A stretch of DNA of 64,000 nt from Negativicutes bacterium (lineage in GTDB: Bacteria; Bacillota; Negativicutes; UBA1444). The translations under genes were made by a program, and so were the position numbers. This document shows positions 9,778 through 19,515 of the stretch, piece after piece. The stretch lies in contig CAXXIN010000007.1 in assembly GCA_963665275.2 (NCBI GenBank), positions 693,141 through 757,140 of the forward strand, read 5' to 3'. The stretch's first letter is position 1. Each line of letters opens with the position of its first letter. The notes beneath the pieces are model-generated. The model was not told the origin of the DNA, searched no databases, and worked only from the letters and a program-made list of their open reading frames with translations.

Positions 9778-10713
9778 CTACATCACCAACGCAAGTATTG
9801 CCTTCTGAACATGTAAACGATTTTCGGCTTCATCAAAAATTTCATCCGCGTGAGCTTCAAACAATTCATCGCTAATTTCTTCACCCCGGTGCGCCGGCAG
9901 ACAATGCTGCACCATCGCTCCCGGTTTGGCAATCGCCATCATGGCACTATTGAGGCTGTAGCCGCCGAAGGCTTTGAGCCTGGCCCTGTGTTCCGCTTCG
10001 TGCCCCATGCTGGACCATACGTCAGTCACCAGGACATCGGCGTCGCGCGCTGCTTCACGCGGGTCATTGCACACTACCACGCTGCCGCCGGTTTCCAGTG
10101 CTGCCGCTTGTGCAGATGCAACAATATCAGCCTTGGGTTCATAGCCGGTCGGTGTGGCTACAACGATATGCATGCCGGTCTTGGCGCCCCCCTCCATCAG
10201 GGAGTTTGCCATATTGAAACCATCCCCCAGAAAAGCGAGCTTCAGCCCCTTAAGTGATCCCTTATGTTCACGCACGGTAAACAAATCTGCCAGCACCTGA
10301 CAGGGATGATGGGAATCCGTCAGTCCATTAACAACCGGGATCGAAGCCCACTCAGCCAGCTCTTCCACATCTTTCTGCGCATAGGTTCGGATCATGATGC
10401 CGTCGAGATATCGCGAAAGTACACGGGCGGTGTCCCGAATCGGTTCGCCCCGTCCCATCTGCAGGTCATTGGCGGAAAGGAACAGCGCCGAACCACCGAG
10501 TTGATACATTCCCACCTCGAAAGAAACACGGGTCCGAGTGGATGATTTTTGAAAAATCATGCCCAAAGACTTTCCCTTGAGCAGTGGATGTTCAATACCG
10601 GCCTTCTGTTTCTGCTTCAGATCAGCCGCCGTACAAAAGATTTCCTCCACCTCCGCCGGTGACAGATCGTGCAGCGACAGCAAATCCTTTCCTTTCATAC
10701 TCGTCATACTCAT
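9778..10713 (-). CDS. argF: ornithine carbamoyltransferase
   Basis: STRTR, HPCQ, SMG, HCLP. Confidence 0.97.
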   Translation of the reverse strand: MSMTSMKGKDLLSLHDLSPAEVEEIFCTAADLKQKQKAGIEHPLLKGKSLGMIFQKSSTRTRVSFEVGMYQLGGSALFLSANDLQMGRGEPIRDTARVLSRYLDGIMIRTYAQKDVEELAEWASIPVVNGLTDSHHPCQVLADLFTVREHKGSLKGLKLAFLGDGFNMANSLMEGGAKTGMHIVVATPTGYEPKADIVASAQAAALETGGSVVVCNDPREAARDADVLVTDVWSSMGHEAEHRARLKAFGGYSLNSAMMAIAKPGAMVQHCLPAHRGEEISDELFEAHADEIFDEAENRLHVQKAILALVM

Positions 10714-10752
10714 GATATACCTTCCTTTATTTCCGTCGGCATAAGCTGACGG

Positions 10753-11946
10753 TTATTGCCACTTTTCCAGCACGGCGTCAAGCACGGCGATGACCTCGTC
10801 CACGTGCCCGCGGTTAATGTTCAGCGGTGGAACGAAACGCAGTACGTTACCGGCGGTGCAGTTGATGATAACACCTTGTTTCATGCAAAGGTCGACAACT
10901 TCGCGACCAGGCTTGGACAGTTCTGCGCCTGCCATCAATCCTTTGCCGCGGACTTTCTGGATCAAGACGGGATATTTTTTCTGCAGTGCAACCAGTTGAT
11001 CTATCAAATATGTTCCTATCGCCACAGCGTTCGCCATCAGGTTTTCGTTTTCGATAACGTCAAGTACCGCCAACGCCGCAGCGCAGGCGAGAGGATTCCC
11101 GCCGAAAGTTGAGCCATGGTCGCCAGGCGCAAAAGCCGCTGCCGCCGCTTCTGTAGCAAGGAATGCACCGATCGGCACGCCGCCGGCCAGTCCTTTGGCC
11201 AAAGTGACAATATCAGGCTTGACGCCATAGCCTTGACAGGCCAGGAACGTTCCGGTACGGCCCATCCCACTCTGGATTTCATCGAAAATCAACAGAGCGT
11301 CATATTGGTCGCACAATTCACGTGCATATTGCAAATAACCGTCAATCGGGACATGGATGCCGCCTTCGCCCTGAACCGGTTCAATCATCACAGCGCATGT
11401 CTTTTCATTTACGACGGCCGCCAGCGCATTCTTATCATTGAACGGCACGTATTGAAAACCGCCGGGCAAAGGTTCATAGCCTTCCCTGTACTTGGGTTGG
11501 CCCGTGGCTGTCAGTGTTGCCAGTGTACGCCCATGAAAAGAGTGTTCCGCAGTCACGATCTCGAACTTGTCCGGGCTCTTCAGTTTACCGTATTTGCGGG
11601 CCAGTTTCATCGCGCCTTCATTGGCTTCTGCGCCGCTGTTGGCAATAAAAACCCTGTCCATCGATGATAGATGGGCCAGCTTCTCAATCAGACGACCCTG
11701 CGGTTCAGTGTAATATAGATTGGAGCAATGAATCAACCGGCCGGCCTGTTCACAGATCGCCTTCACCAGTTGCGGATGTGCATGCCCCAGAACATTGACG
11801 GCAATACCCGCCAAAAAATCGATATACTTCTTGCCCTCGGTATCATAGATATATGGGCCCTCTCCGTGCGAGAGCACCAACGGATACCGGCTGAAAACCG
11901 GCATGTAATATTTGCTATCCTGGGCAAAAACAGCCATCTTATCCAT
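10753..11946 (-). CDS. argD: acetylornithine aminotransferase
   Basis: NSGAEANE, SFHGRT, DEIQSG, AKGLAGG, HGSTFGGNP; arg operon context. Confidence 0.95.
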   Translation of the reverse strand: MDKMAVFAQDSKYYMPVFSRYPLVLSHGEGPYIYDTEGKKYIDFLAGIAVNVLGHAHPQLVKAICEQAGRLIHCSNLYYTEPQGRLIEKLAHLSSMDRVFIANSGAEANEGAMKLARKYGKLKSPDKFEIVTAEHSFHGRTLATLTATGQPKYREGYEPLPGGFQYVPFNDKNALAAVVNEKTCAVMIEPVQGEGGIHVPIDGYLQYARELCDQYDALLIFDEIQSGMGRTGTFLACQGYGVKPDIVTLAKGLAGGVPIGAFLATEAAAAAFAPGDHGSTFGGNPLACAAALAVLDVIENENLMANAVAIGTYLIDQLVALQKKYPVLIQKVRGKGLMAGAELSKPGREVVDLCMKQGVIINCTAGNVLRFVPPLNINRGHVDEVIAVLDAVLEKWQ

Positions 11947-12814
11947 TGACAGTCACCGCCTTTTGCTTTACAACCGCCGTGCCGGCAGCATTGCCGGGTC
12001 GGAGCGACTCCACAATGCAATGAGGTCTGCGGCCATCAACAACCCGCGCCAATTGGGCCCCGTTTTCCAGTGCGCCTATACAAGCCTGCACCTTAGGTAT
12101 CATACCTCCATCCACGACCCCGCACTTGATCATTTCAGTTGCTTCATCGAACGGCAATTCGCAAATCAAGCTGTTCTTATCGCAATAGTCGCGAAAAACG
12201 CCTTCCACATCCGTGAGCAGTAAAAAAACATCCGCTTTCAACTGCGCAGCGACTGCCGCAGCTGCCGTATCGGCGTTGATGTTGTAGGTCTGTCCTTCTG
12301 CGTCGGCGCCGATGGGCGCAATCACCGGCACATAGCCAGCATCCATCAGGGTGGTGAGCAACTCAGCTCGCACAGCCGCCACTTCACCGACAAACCCAAT
12401 GTCCACCTGTCTCGCTGCGCCAGACTCGTACACCGTGGCCAAGTGTTTACGAACTTCAAACAGGTCGGCGTCTTTTCCATTCAAGCCCACCGCGCGCACA
12501 CCGGCACGATTGATATAATTGACCAACTCGGGATTCGTCTTGCCGACCAGCGCCATCTCCGCGAGAGTTGCAGTTTCAGCATCAGTCACTCGCAGCCCGG
12601 CAATAAACTCGGACTTTTTGTTCATCGCTTTGAGCAGGCCCGTAATTTCAGGCCCCCCTCCATGCACGATGACGATTCTCACCCCAGCCTGCCACAGGTC
12701 TGCGATATCCTGCGCCACAGCCTTCTTTAAGGATGCATCAAGCATCGCATTGCCGCCGTACTTGACCACTACGGTCTTTCCCTGCCAGCTCTTGAGTTCC
12801 GCAGCTCCCATCAT
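11939..12814 (-). CDS. argB: acetylglutamate kinase
   Basis: VKYGGNAM, VHGGGP, GLRVTD, NINAD, GGMIPK. Confidence 0.95.
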   Translation of the reverse strand: MMGAAELKSWQGKTVVVKYGGNAMLDASLKKAVAQDIADLWQAGVRIVIVHGGGPEITGLLKAMNKKSEFIAGLRVTDAETATLAEMALVGKTNPELVNYINRAGVRAVGLNGKDADLFEVRKHLATVYESGAARQVDIGFVGEVAAVRAELLTTLMDAGYVPVIAPIGADAEGQTYNINADTAAAAVAAQLKADVFLLLTDVEGVFRDYCDKNSLICELPFDEATEMIKCGVVDGGMIPKVQACIGALENGAQLARVVDGRRPHCIVESLRPGNAAGTAVVKQKAVTVNG

Positions 12815-14019
12815 GTTGTATATTCCCCGTTAATTTTGATATATTCATATGACATATCGCAGGTGTACACGGTTGCTGTTGCCGTCCCAACTCCGAGGTT
12901 GATAACGACTTTGATCTCCCGCTCCGCCATCGCAGAGCGCAACTCTTTCACATCAAATTTCGCACCCAGTCCCGCCTCGACAATCTGAACGCCACCAATG
13001 GACAAGGTTGTTTTTTCGGGCGACAGTTCAGCGCCGGAATACCCCGCAGCGCAGAGAATACGGCCCCAGTTCGGATCCTGTCCGAAGAACGCAGTTTTCA
13101 CCAGCGGAGAATTGGCGATTGCCATGCCGGCTTTTTTGGCGTCGGCCTCGTTGACTGCCCCTTGTACTTCGATTTCGATAAACTTGGTGGCCCCTTCACC
13201 ATCGCGGGCAACCTTCTTGGCCAGATTCAAAGCTGCTGCGCGCAGGGCGCCTGCGAACTCTTCATATTCCGGACCATCCAGACTCTTGATCTGAGGATTG
13301 CCAGCCATTCCATTCGCAAATACGACTAACATATCATTCGTACTCATATCGCCATCAACTGTGATACGGTTGAATGACACCTCAACTGCTTCTGAGAGAG
13401 CCTTCTGCAGCACATCCGGCGTAACGGCGGCATCTGTCGTGATGAGCGCCAGCACAGTCGCCATATTGGGGCAGATCATGCCGGCGCCCTTGGACATGCC
13501 ACCGAAGCGCACAGGCACTCCGCCAATATCCGCAACGTACCCGCAGGTTTTCACAAAAGTATCCGTTGTCATAATGGCCTGGGAAGCCTTTTCTCCACCG
13601 AACTCCGACAGTTCCGCCACCGCCTGCCGTACACCGGCGGACAGTTTTTCCATCGGAAGAGGCACGCCAATGACTCCGGTAGAGGCCACCAATACGGCCT
13701 CCGGGGAGACGTCCAGCAACGCGGCCACCTGTTTGGCAGTATTCTTCGCGTCGGCGAGTCCCTGTTCCCCTGTGCAGGCATTGGCACAGCCAGCGTTGAG
13801 AACAATCACCCGCCCCGATACGTTCTTCAGCGCAGCTCGTGACACGAGAACCGGCGCCGCAGGAAATTTGTTCGTTGTGAATCGTCCGGCCCAGATTGCT
13901 TCAACCGTGCTGAAAACAAGCGCGACATCTTCCTTGCCATTTTTCTTGATACCGGCCTTGACACCGGACGCTTTGAATCCCCTGGGAAAAGTTACTCCCC
14001 CCGCTACTTCCTTCAACAC
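12811..14019 (-). CDS. argJ: bifunctional ornithine acetyltransferase/N-acetylglutamate synthase
   Basis: ANACTG, STGVIG, IMTTDT, KGAGMICPNMAT, DGEGATK. Confidence 0.97.
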   Translation of the reverse strand: MLKEVAGGVTFPRGFKASGVKAGIKKNGKEDVALVFSTVEAIWAGRFTTNKFPAAPVLVSRAALKNVSGRVIVLNAGCANACTGEQGLADAKNTAKQVAALLDVSPEAVLVASTGVIGVPLPMEKLSAGVRQAVAELSEFGGEKASQAIMTTDTFVKTCGYVADIGGVPVRFGGMSKGAGMICPNMATVLALITTDAAVTPDVLQKALSEAVEVSFNRITVDGDMSTNDMLVVFANGMAGNPQIKSLDGPEYEEFAGALRAAALNLAKKVARDGEGATKFIEIEVQGAVNEADAKKAGMAIANSPLVKTAFFGQDPNWGRILCAAGYSGAELSPEKTTLSIGGVQIVEAGLGAKFDVKELRSAMAEREIKVVINLGVGTATATVYTCDMSYEYIKINGEYTT

Positions 14020-14035
14020 GATCCCATCCCCCTCA

Positions 14036-14444
14036 TTATGGATATAATGGCGCCTGCATAAATCCCAAAAGCATTAGATATGTGCAACCTTGATCTGATT
14101 CCTTTTCATTTCTGTCAATCCATAAACGGCCTTGGAATCTGCATGAATGTGTTTCAGCTTATACCATTACCATCGTTCATATACCATTATATCAGAGAAC
14201 CTGTAGTCGGCGCCCATATCGATCAGCCTTGCTCCAGCTGACGTCACCCGTTCCATGATCGCCATCGCGTGGTGCGGCAACAGGCGAAAACTACATCACT
14301 CTTCGCAGCTATCTGATTGACTTCCTTGATGGAAATCATCTTATCGTGATAAAATTGGTTTAAATGTCGATATGTCTGAATAATGGAGGTTCCTGTCTGA
14401 TTCTCCGAACTCAGGTACTGAACCTGAGCTTGCGAATGATTTGT
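14036..14444 (-). pseudogene. argC: degraded N-acetyl-gamma-glutamyl-phosphate reductase
   Basis: Manual translation: HSQAQVQYLSSENQTG..YRHL..SDVVFA/LPHHAM..RLIDMGADYRF..YERW*WY..AVYGLTEMKRNQIKVAHI//LGFMQAPLYP*. Has a frameshift, an internal stop and large deletions, and sits at the canonical argC position. Confidence 0.88.
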
Positions 14445-14452
14445 TTTTGATT

Positions 14453-14482
14453 ATTATACACCTTTGTTGTATTTTTTTGCAA
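14453..14482 (-). promoter_or_regulatory. putative sigma-A promoter of the arg operon
   Basis: TTGCAA-N18-TATAAT in AT-rich DNA abutting the argC remnant. Confidence 0.5.
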
Positions 14483-14637
14483 CACCATTTTGTGTATTGT
14501 ATTATATATTATGATACGGCAATCATTCACTCGTTGCCAATATGGCGCAACGAACCAATGGAAGGTCCATTTCGGCTCCCACTCCATTTTTTTTGAAATC
14601 GACATAAGACAGAAATACTACCGCATAGAATTCAGAC

Positions 14638-15156
14638 TCACTTATACCGGGTTACTTCGAATCGGTACATTTCCAGAGATTCGTCGGGGTCAATTCCTGC
14701 TTTGCGGCACGCGATCAATACTTGGTCTTCAGCTGTGTCAACCCCCTCCAAATCAGGCAGCAGCACACCCGACCGACTACCATGCCGAACGATTACGCCG
14801 TAACGTTTAGGGTCCAACTTCTCCATGGCATCAATTCGTTCCGGAGTCCCCAAAATATCCACTGAAACATCTAGTTCGTCCAATTCTGAAATTTGCACCC
14901 GGCTGAAGCGCGGGTCTTCCGTTGCGGCGCTGACAGCATTGCGAATTACCTCCTGCGCAGCACTAGGCTGGGTAGGCAATATCGTTCCGATACACCCGCG
15001 CAACTGTCCCTGTTTTTTGAGCGACACAAAGACTCCTGCCCGGTTGGTCATCTCCGGGGGTAATGCGCCGGCAGGTTCTGGCAACATGACCGCATGTTCC
15101 AAATAATAGCGCATGCTTTCCCTGGCGAGACGAACCGGTATGCTTTCTTCTTTCAT
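14638..15156 (-). CDS. amrA: AmmeMemoRadiSam system protein A (AMMECR1 domain)
   Basis: GVFVSLKK.GQLRGCIGT, AATEDPRF, GVLLPDLEGV. Confidence 0.9.
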   Translation of the reverse strand: MKEESIPVRLARESMRYYLEHAVMLPEPAGALPPEMTNRAGVFVSLKKQGQLRGCIGTILPTQPSAAQEVIRNAVSAATEDPRFSRVQISELDELDVSVDILGTPERIDAMEKLDPKRYGVIVRHGSRSGVLLPDLEGVDTAEDQVLIACRKAGIDPDESLEMYRFEVTRYK

Positions 15157-15159
15157 TCA

Positions 15160-16014
15160 TTACCCCTCCTTTGCTTTGCGGTGACCTTTGATTGCAAAAA
15201 CCGCCACTCCATAGCCGACGCCGAAAGGTCCTTCATAGGAAAGAATCTCTGGCTCAGCGTCCATTCCGTCCAAAGTCCCCATCAAAAAGAATAGCGGTCT
15301 TAGGCCGCATTCTCCTGCCTCTTCAACCAAATCGGGCTCAATGCTGAACATGGCCTTAACGTCCATCGCCCGTATTAACTCCATGATTCGCTCGTCAAAT
15401 ATACGACCTTTGGGGCTGTACCCTGCGGGAGCGCCCGGCGTCAAACGGTGGGACAGATCACCGGAAGCTACAACCGCCGTGTTTTGCCGGGTAGTCGCAA
15501 TAGCCCCCTGAACAGCTTTTCCAAAAGCGTACATTTCCGGATAAGTAAGCAGTCCTACTGTCAGATGTACCACTTGTCCGCGAAATCCGGCCTTATAAAG
15601 ATAGTACAGTGGAATAACAGCGCCATGGTCAAGCTGCAGGGAGAAACGATGTTCCTGGGCAAGTTGTTCATCCAGCTTCACCAGACTGACGCCCAGCCGT
15701 TCAGCTTGCTTAACAATATTCTGAGCTAGAAGATTATTGGTCTCGAAAGTCACTGCAACTTCTGAAGCGCCAAAAGACGCCAGACTACCTCGCAGAACCG
15801 GAGACATGTTGATTCCAACCGCGTCACTGAAAGCAGGCCCATGCGGTGTTATAATTACAATGGTAGAAGGTTTGTTCTGTATCAGAAACTTTGCTGCAGC
15901 CTCCGCAGCCACTGCACTATTCCTTACCCGGTCTGACTCCGCCCCTCCCACTTCGGACAGCATGATTGGCGGATGAGGCAGTAACGCGCAACCAGTCATA
16001 TAAGTCACATTCAT
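15160..16014 (-). CDS. AmmeMemoRadiSam system protein B / class III extradiol dioxygenase-like (Memo fold)
   Basis: PHPP, TPHG, LDHG, ASGDLSH, GECGLR, YEGPFGVGY; start placed at MNVTY after an RBS. Confidence 0.85.
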   Translation of the reverse strand: MNVTYMTGCALLPHPPIMLSEVGGAESDRVRNSAVAAEAAAKFLIQNKPSTIVIITPHGPAFSDAVGINMSPVLRGSLASFGASEVAVTFETNNLLAQNIVKQAERLGVSLVKLDEQLAQEHRFSLQLDHGAVIPLYYLYKAGFRGQVVHLTVGLLTYPEMYAFGKAVQGAIATTRQNTAVVASGDLSHRLTPGAPAGYSPKGRIFDERIMELIRAMDVKAMFSIEPDLVEEAGECGLRPLFFLMGTLDGMDAEPEILSYEGPFGVGYGVAVFAIKGHRKAKEG

Positions 16015-16107
16015 CGCTCCCCTCACCAGTATGATGTGATGACCTTCCACAGCTATTCCTGGAAATCCTGCTATTTGCAATTAATATATTAATTTTTCGG
16101 AGGTCGC

Positions 16108-16827
16108 ATGCGTTTGATAAAATGGATATTGATCCTCGGTCTCGTCGGCGGACTGTATTTTGGCTGGACTCAGTCTGGGGGAGTCAGCCCTATCCCCTCT
16201 TCTATTGAAAGCGTCCATAAATATTTTTCGTTTCGTGCGCATGTTGAATCGAAACTCACCCGCAAAAACTTTGTCGTCCTCACCCAGGTTCCCCTCACTT
16301 TTCAGCAAGCCTTAATCGCCGTTGAGGACAACCGCTTTTACCAACACATTGGCATTGACATGGAGGCCATTTTTCGGGCCATCCTAGTCAATCTTCAATC
16401 TGGCGAACTTAAAGAGGGGGGCAGTACGATCACCCAGCAACTGGTCAAAAACCTATTTCTTTCCCAAGACCGAACCTGGAGCCGCAAAGCATTGGAAATC
16501 CCCCTGACGCTGCTCATGGAGCAGCAATTCTCCAAGCAGGAGATTCTGGAAATGTATATCAATACAATCTACTTTGGTTCCGGAGCCTATGGAATCGGCG
16601 ATGCTACCCAAACCTATTTCAACAAGCCGCCGAGTTCCCTGGGGCTGGCGGAATCAGCACTGATTGCCGGATTACCGGCCGCGCCTTCCGTTTACTCGCC
16701 CCTCGTGGACCTCACAATGTCGATCCAACGTCAACGGATCGTTCTGAACGCTATGGTCCGCTATGGATTCATCAGTCAACAGCAAGCAGAAGATGCTAGA
16801 AATACTCCGTTGAAACTTGCCCATTAA
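16108..16827 (+). CDS. monofunctional peptidoglycan glycosyltransferase (GT51 domain only)
   Basis: N-terminal TM; EDNRFYQHIG, GGSTITQQLVKN, RK..E, KQEILEMYIN; no transpeptidase domain. Confidence 0.9.
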   Translation: MRLIKWILILGLVGGLYFGWTQSGGVSPIPSSIESVHKYFSFRAHVESKLTRKNFVVLTQVPLTFQQALIAVEDNRFYQHIGIDMEAIFRAILVNLQSGELKEGGSTITQQLVKNLFLSQDRTWSRKALEIPLTLLMEQQFSKQEILEMYINTIYFGSGAYGIGDATQTYFNKPPSSLGLAESALIAGLPAAPSVYSPLVDLTMSIQRQRIVLNAMVRYGFISQQQAEDARNTPLKLAH

Positions 16828-16845
16828 CCCATGCCGTTGGCGGCA

Positions 16846-16902
16846 GATGTATGAAATGAGGCCCGGAAAGCAGTATGCTCTCCGGGCCTCATTTCATACA
16901 TC
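16846..16902. terminator. long inverted repeat between convergent genes (bidirectional terminator-like)
   Basis: 22-bp perfect arms gatgtatgaaatgaggcccgga / tccgggcctcatttcatacatc. Confidence 0.7.
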
Positions 16903-16912
16903 ATTTTAAAAT

Positions 16913-17638
16913 TTACTTGCCGGCAGGTTTCCCGCTGGGTTTTGTTGGCGGCGACGCGGGTTTTTCATTCGTAGACGGAACAAAGAAGTTCTTGATTTGC
17001 TTCCAATCGCCATTCAAATTATCTTTAAGTACCGACAAATAGGTACGCTCAATCGTAAATTCTCTGATATAAGTGTTCGCATCAATATATTTTTCATCTT
17101 TGATTAGGCGCCCCTCATCCTGGACATTAAATGCAAGGAGCATAAAGTACCCTTTGCGTTCTGCCGTCAGTTCCTTTTTTACTGCCACACCCATCGTGAC
17201 CGGTGAGTTTTTTTCCACCAAATTGCGTGAAAGCTCATTTTGTGTAGCAAAAACAATTGCCTGGGAGGTAGAAATCAAGGAGTATATTTCCGGGAACATC
17301 TTCTGAAGATCTTTGATCTGGAATGGCATATCCGGAGTGAATCGCTGCATCCGGACGAAAGAACCCGGCTTGTCTCCTTCATATTTCACATCCATCCCAA
17401 TTCCGATGTCGCTCCGTCGGAAATGGTAGGTATAGGTATCAGCCTGCGCCTTTTTATAACCGCTTTTTTCCCACTGCTCCTTGGTCCAAGGTTGATTGTC
17501 GCTGTCGATTACCAGTCGATAGTCTCCGTAGGTCTGGGCTATGGTCTCCCTCGTATCATCCAGACTAGCAAAAACAGGTGCGGCTACCGCCAAAACACAT
17601 AGCGTCATCATCATTACCATTAGTTTTTTCATTGTCAT
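16913..17638 (-). CDS. hypothetical exported protein
   Basis: Signal peptide MKKLMVMMMTLCVLAVAAPVFA, RBS present, Pro/Lys-rich tail; no family recognised. Confidence 0.75.
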   Translation of the reverse strand: MTMKKLMVMMMTLCVLAVAAPVFASLDDTRETIAQTYGDYRLVIDSDNQPWTKEQWEKSGYKKAQADTYTYHFRRSDIGIGMDVKYEGDKPGSFVRMQRFTPDMPFQIKDLQKMFPEIYSLISTSQAIVFATQNELSRNLVEKNSPVTMGVAVKKELTAERKGYFMLLAFNVQDEGRLIKDEKYIDANTYIREFTIERTYLSVLKDNLNGDWKQIKNFFVPSTNEKPASPPTKPSGKPAGK

Positions 17639-17735
17639 TCCCCCGTTTGCATTATCGATTCTTCACATAATGCCCATTTTCTTCTATTGTATCTTTTTTT
17701 GACCAAATACGCCATGAATCCTGCAAGAAAAAAAC

Positions 17736-17764
17736 AAAACCCGGAAAACTGTTTTCCGGGTTTT
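17736..17764 (-). terminator. terminator after rpsI
   Basis: aaaacccggaaaa-ctg-ttttccgggtttt followed by a U-tract on the minus strand. Confidence 0.8.
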
Positions 17765-17776
17765 GAAAACGATAAA

Positions 17777-18175
17777 TTAACGCTTGGAGTACTGGGAAGC
17801 TTTACGTGCTTTCTTGAGACCGTATTTCCGACGCTCTTTTTCACGCGGATCACGAGTCAAGAACCCAGCTTTTTTCAGAGCCGGACGATACTCGCCATCC
17901 ACCCGGAGCAATGCTCGAGCGATACCGTGCCGTACTGCGCCAGCCTGACCGGAGAATCCGCCGCCATCGACACGGGCCAGCACATCATACTTGGCCAGAG
18001 TTTCAGTCAGGTTCAACGGTTGTTTGATGATCAACTGGAGCGTCTGCAAGCCGAAGTATTCGTCAAATGCATGCCCATTAATCAGAATTTTACCTGTTCC
18101 TGGAGTTAAACGAACCCGTGCAGTGGAAGTCTTGCGTCGGCCCGTTGCGTAATATATAATCGGGGTCTTTGCCAT
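17777..18175 (-). CDS. rpsI: 30S ribosomal protein S9
   Basis: [36 protein letters not shown]. Confidence 0.98.
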   Translation of the reverse strand: MAKTPIIYYATGRRKTSTARVRLTPGTGKILINGHAFDEYFGLQTLQLIIKQPLNLTETLAKYDVLARVDGGGFSGQAGAVRHGIARALLRVDGEYRPALKKAGFLTRDPREKERRKYGLKKARKASQYSKR

Positions 18176-18198
18176 CAACTGTTCCTCCTCATCAATCG

Positions 18199-18636
18199 CT
18201 ATCGCACGTTAATCTCAAGTACTTCCGGTTGCTGCGCAGCATGAGGATGCTCCGCTCCGGCATAGACCTTGAGTTTGCGATAGGTATCTGCGCCGAGACG
18301 GTTCTTGGGCAACATGCCCTTGACGGCCATTTCCATGACCTTTTCAGGGCGTGATGCTAGAAGTTTACCGGCAACCGTGAATTTCCCGCCGCTTTGATAT
18401 CCGGAGTGACGGAAATAAAGTTTTTGTGTAGCTTTTTTGCCTGTCAACACCACTTGGGAAGCATTGATGACGATCACGTGGTCACCAGTATCCATGTGCG
18501 GTGTGAAAATTGGCTTGTGCTTTCCGCGAAGCACTTTTGCAACTTCAGCGGCTACCCTGCCAAGTGCCTTTCCGGCGGCGTCGACAACGTACCATTTACG
18601 TTCCATTTCGGCTTCTTTTGCCATGAATGTATCCAT
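18199..18636 (-). CDS. rplM: 50S ribosomal protein L13
   Basis: [27 protein letters not shown]. Confidence 0.98.
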   Translation of the reverse strand: MDTFMAKEAEMERKWYVVDAAGKALGRVAAEVAKVLRGKHKPIFTPHMDTGDHVIVINASQVVLTGKKATQKLYFRHSGYQSGGKFTVAGKLLASRPEKVMEMAVKGMLPKNRLGADTYRKLKVYAGAEHPHAAQQPEVLEINVR

Positions 18637-18664
18637 CGGGGTTCCTCCTCGTTCAAAGCATGTT

Positions 18665-18715
18665 AGGTCAATAGCGACATCAAAGCTCCGGGGCTAGTGG
18701 AAACTCTGACAAATC
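18665..18715 (-). promoter_or_regulatory. L13 leader-like RNA element
   Basis: CACTAGCCCCGG core in the rplM 5' UTR, downstream of TTGACA-N17-TAAAAT (18727-18755). Confidence 0.5.
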
Positions 18716-18729
18716 TCGCATAGTTCATT

Positions 18730-19515
18730 TTATTTGAAGTTCCATGTGTTGTCAAGGCTTTTATAGAAAACTTCCTTCAGGTACAGACCTGTCGCGGGTG
18801 CGGTGGCGCCAGCCAGCTTGCGGTCACAGGAAGAAAATATCTCCTGGAAATCCTCTAGAGACTTTTTCCCGGCCCCTACATTGACCACGGTTCCAACAAT
18901 ATTTCGCACCATATGGTACAAAAACCCATTACCATGAACTTGGAATCCGAGCCTGTCATTCTGTCGGATGCAGGTTGCGGAATATAAAGTTCGTACTGGA
19001 TTTTTAGCTGAACTGCCCGCCGACTGAAAGGCGCCGAAGTTGTGTTCCCCCACCAACAGTCCGAGCGCCTGATTCATTGCCTCAACATCCAACGGTCGGT
19101 CAAACTGCCAAACATAGTTGCGCAGAATCGGATCCGGACTGGTGGAGTTTAAAATCCGATATAGATACATTTTGCCACAGGCCGAAAACCTTGCATGAAA
19201 CTCTTCCGGCATCTCCGTTGCATCCAGTACCGCAATGTCTTTGGGTAGCAGCCCTCGTGCGGCGGCTGGAATCCTGTCCGTGGGAATGGCCCCATTCGTC
19301 TTGATGGTTATTACCTGCCCATATGCATGCACCCCTGCGTCTGTGCGTGCTGCACCGGCAACGATGACGGGTTCTCCCATGAGACTCGAAAGTCTTTCCT
19401 CCAAGACCTGCTGCACCGTCAGGGAATTCAACTGTCGTTGAAATCCGTGATATCCGCTACCATCATAAGCCACTGTCAGTTTCAAATTGCGTCCGGTAAG
19501 TTTTTTATTGTTCAT
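18730..19515 (-). CDS. truA: tRNA pseudouridine(38-40) synthase
   Basis: YDGSGYHGFQRQ, ARTDAGVHA, FHARF, GFLYHMVR; ATGA overlap with ecfT. Confidence 0.95.
   Translation of the reverse strand: MNNKKLTGRNLKLTVAYDGSGYHGFQRQLNSLTVQQVLEERLSSLMGEPVIVAGAARTDAGVHAYGQVITIKTNGAIPTDRIPAAARGLLPKDIAVLDATEMPEEFHARFSACGKMYLYRILNSTSPDPILRNYVWQFDRPLDVEAMNQALGLLVGEHNFGAFQSAGSSAKNPVRTLYSATCIRQNDRLGFQVHGNGFLYHMVRNIVGTVVNVGAGKKSLEDFQEIFSSCDRKLAGATAPATGLYLKEVFYKSLDNTWNFK

Noticed and set aside
14160-14175. Stop-codon recoding (Sec/Pyl) in the argC region or elsewhere
   Set aside because: The stop is TAA amid other lesions; no in-frame TGA or TAG interruptions were noticed in the conserved genes
14490-14520. ArgR box upstream of the arg operon
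   Set aside because: AT-rich imperfect palindrome with only a weak match to the ARG-box consensus; not supportable
14411-14810. Small ORFs 14411-14605 (-) and 14490-14810 (+)
   Set aside because: They overlap promoter DNA, the argC remnant or amrA; no coding signal
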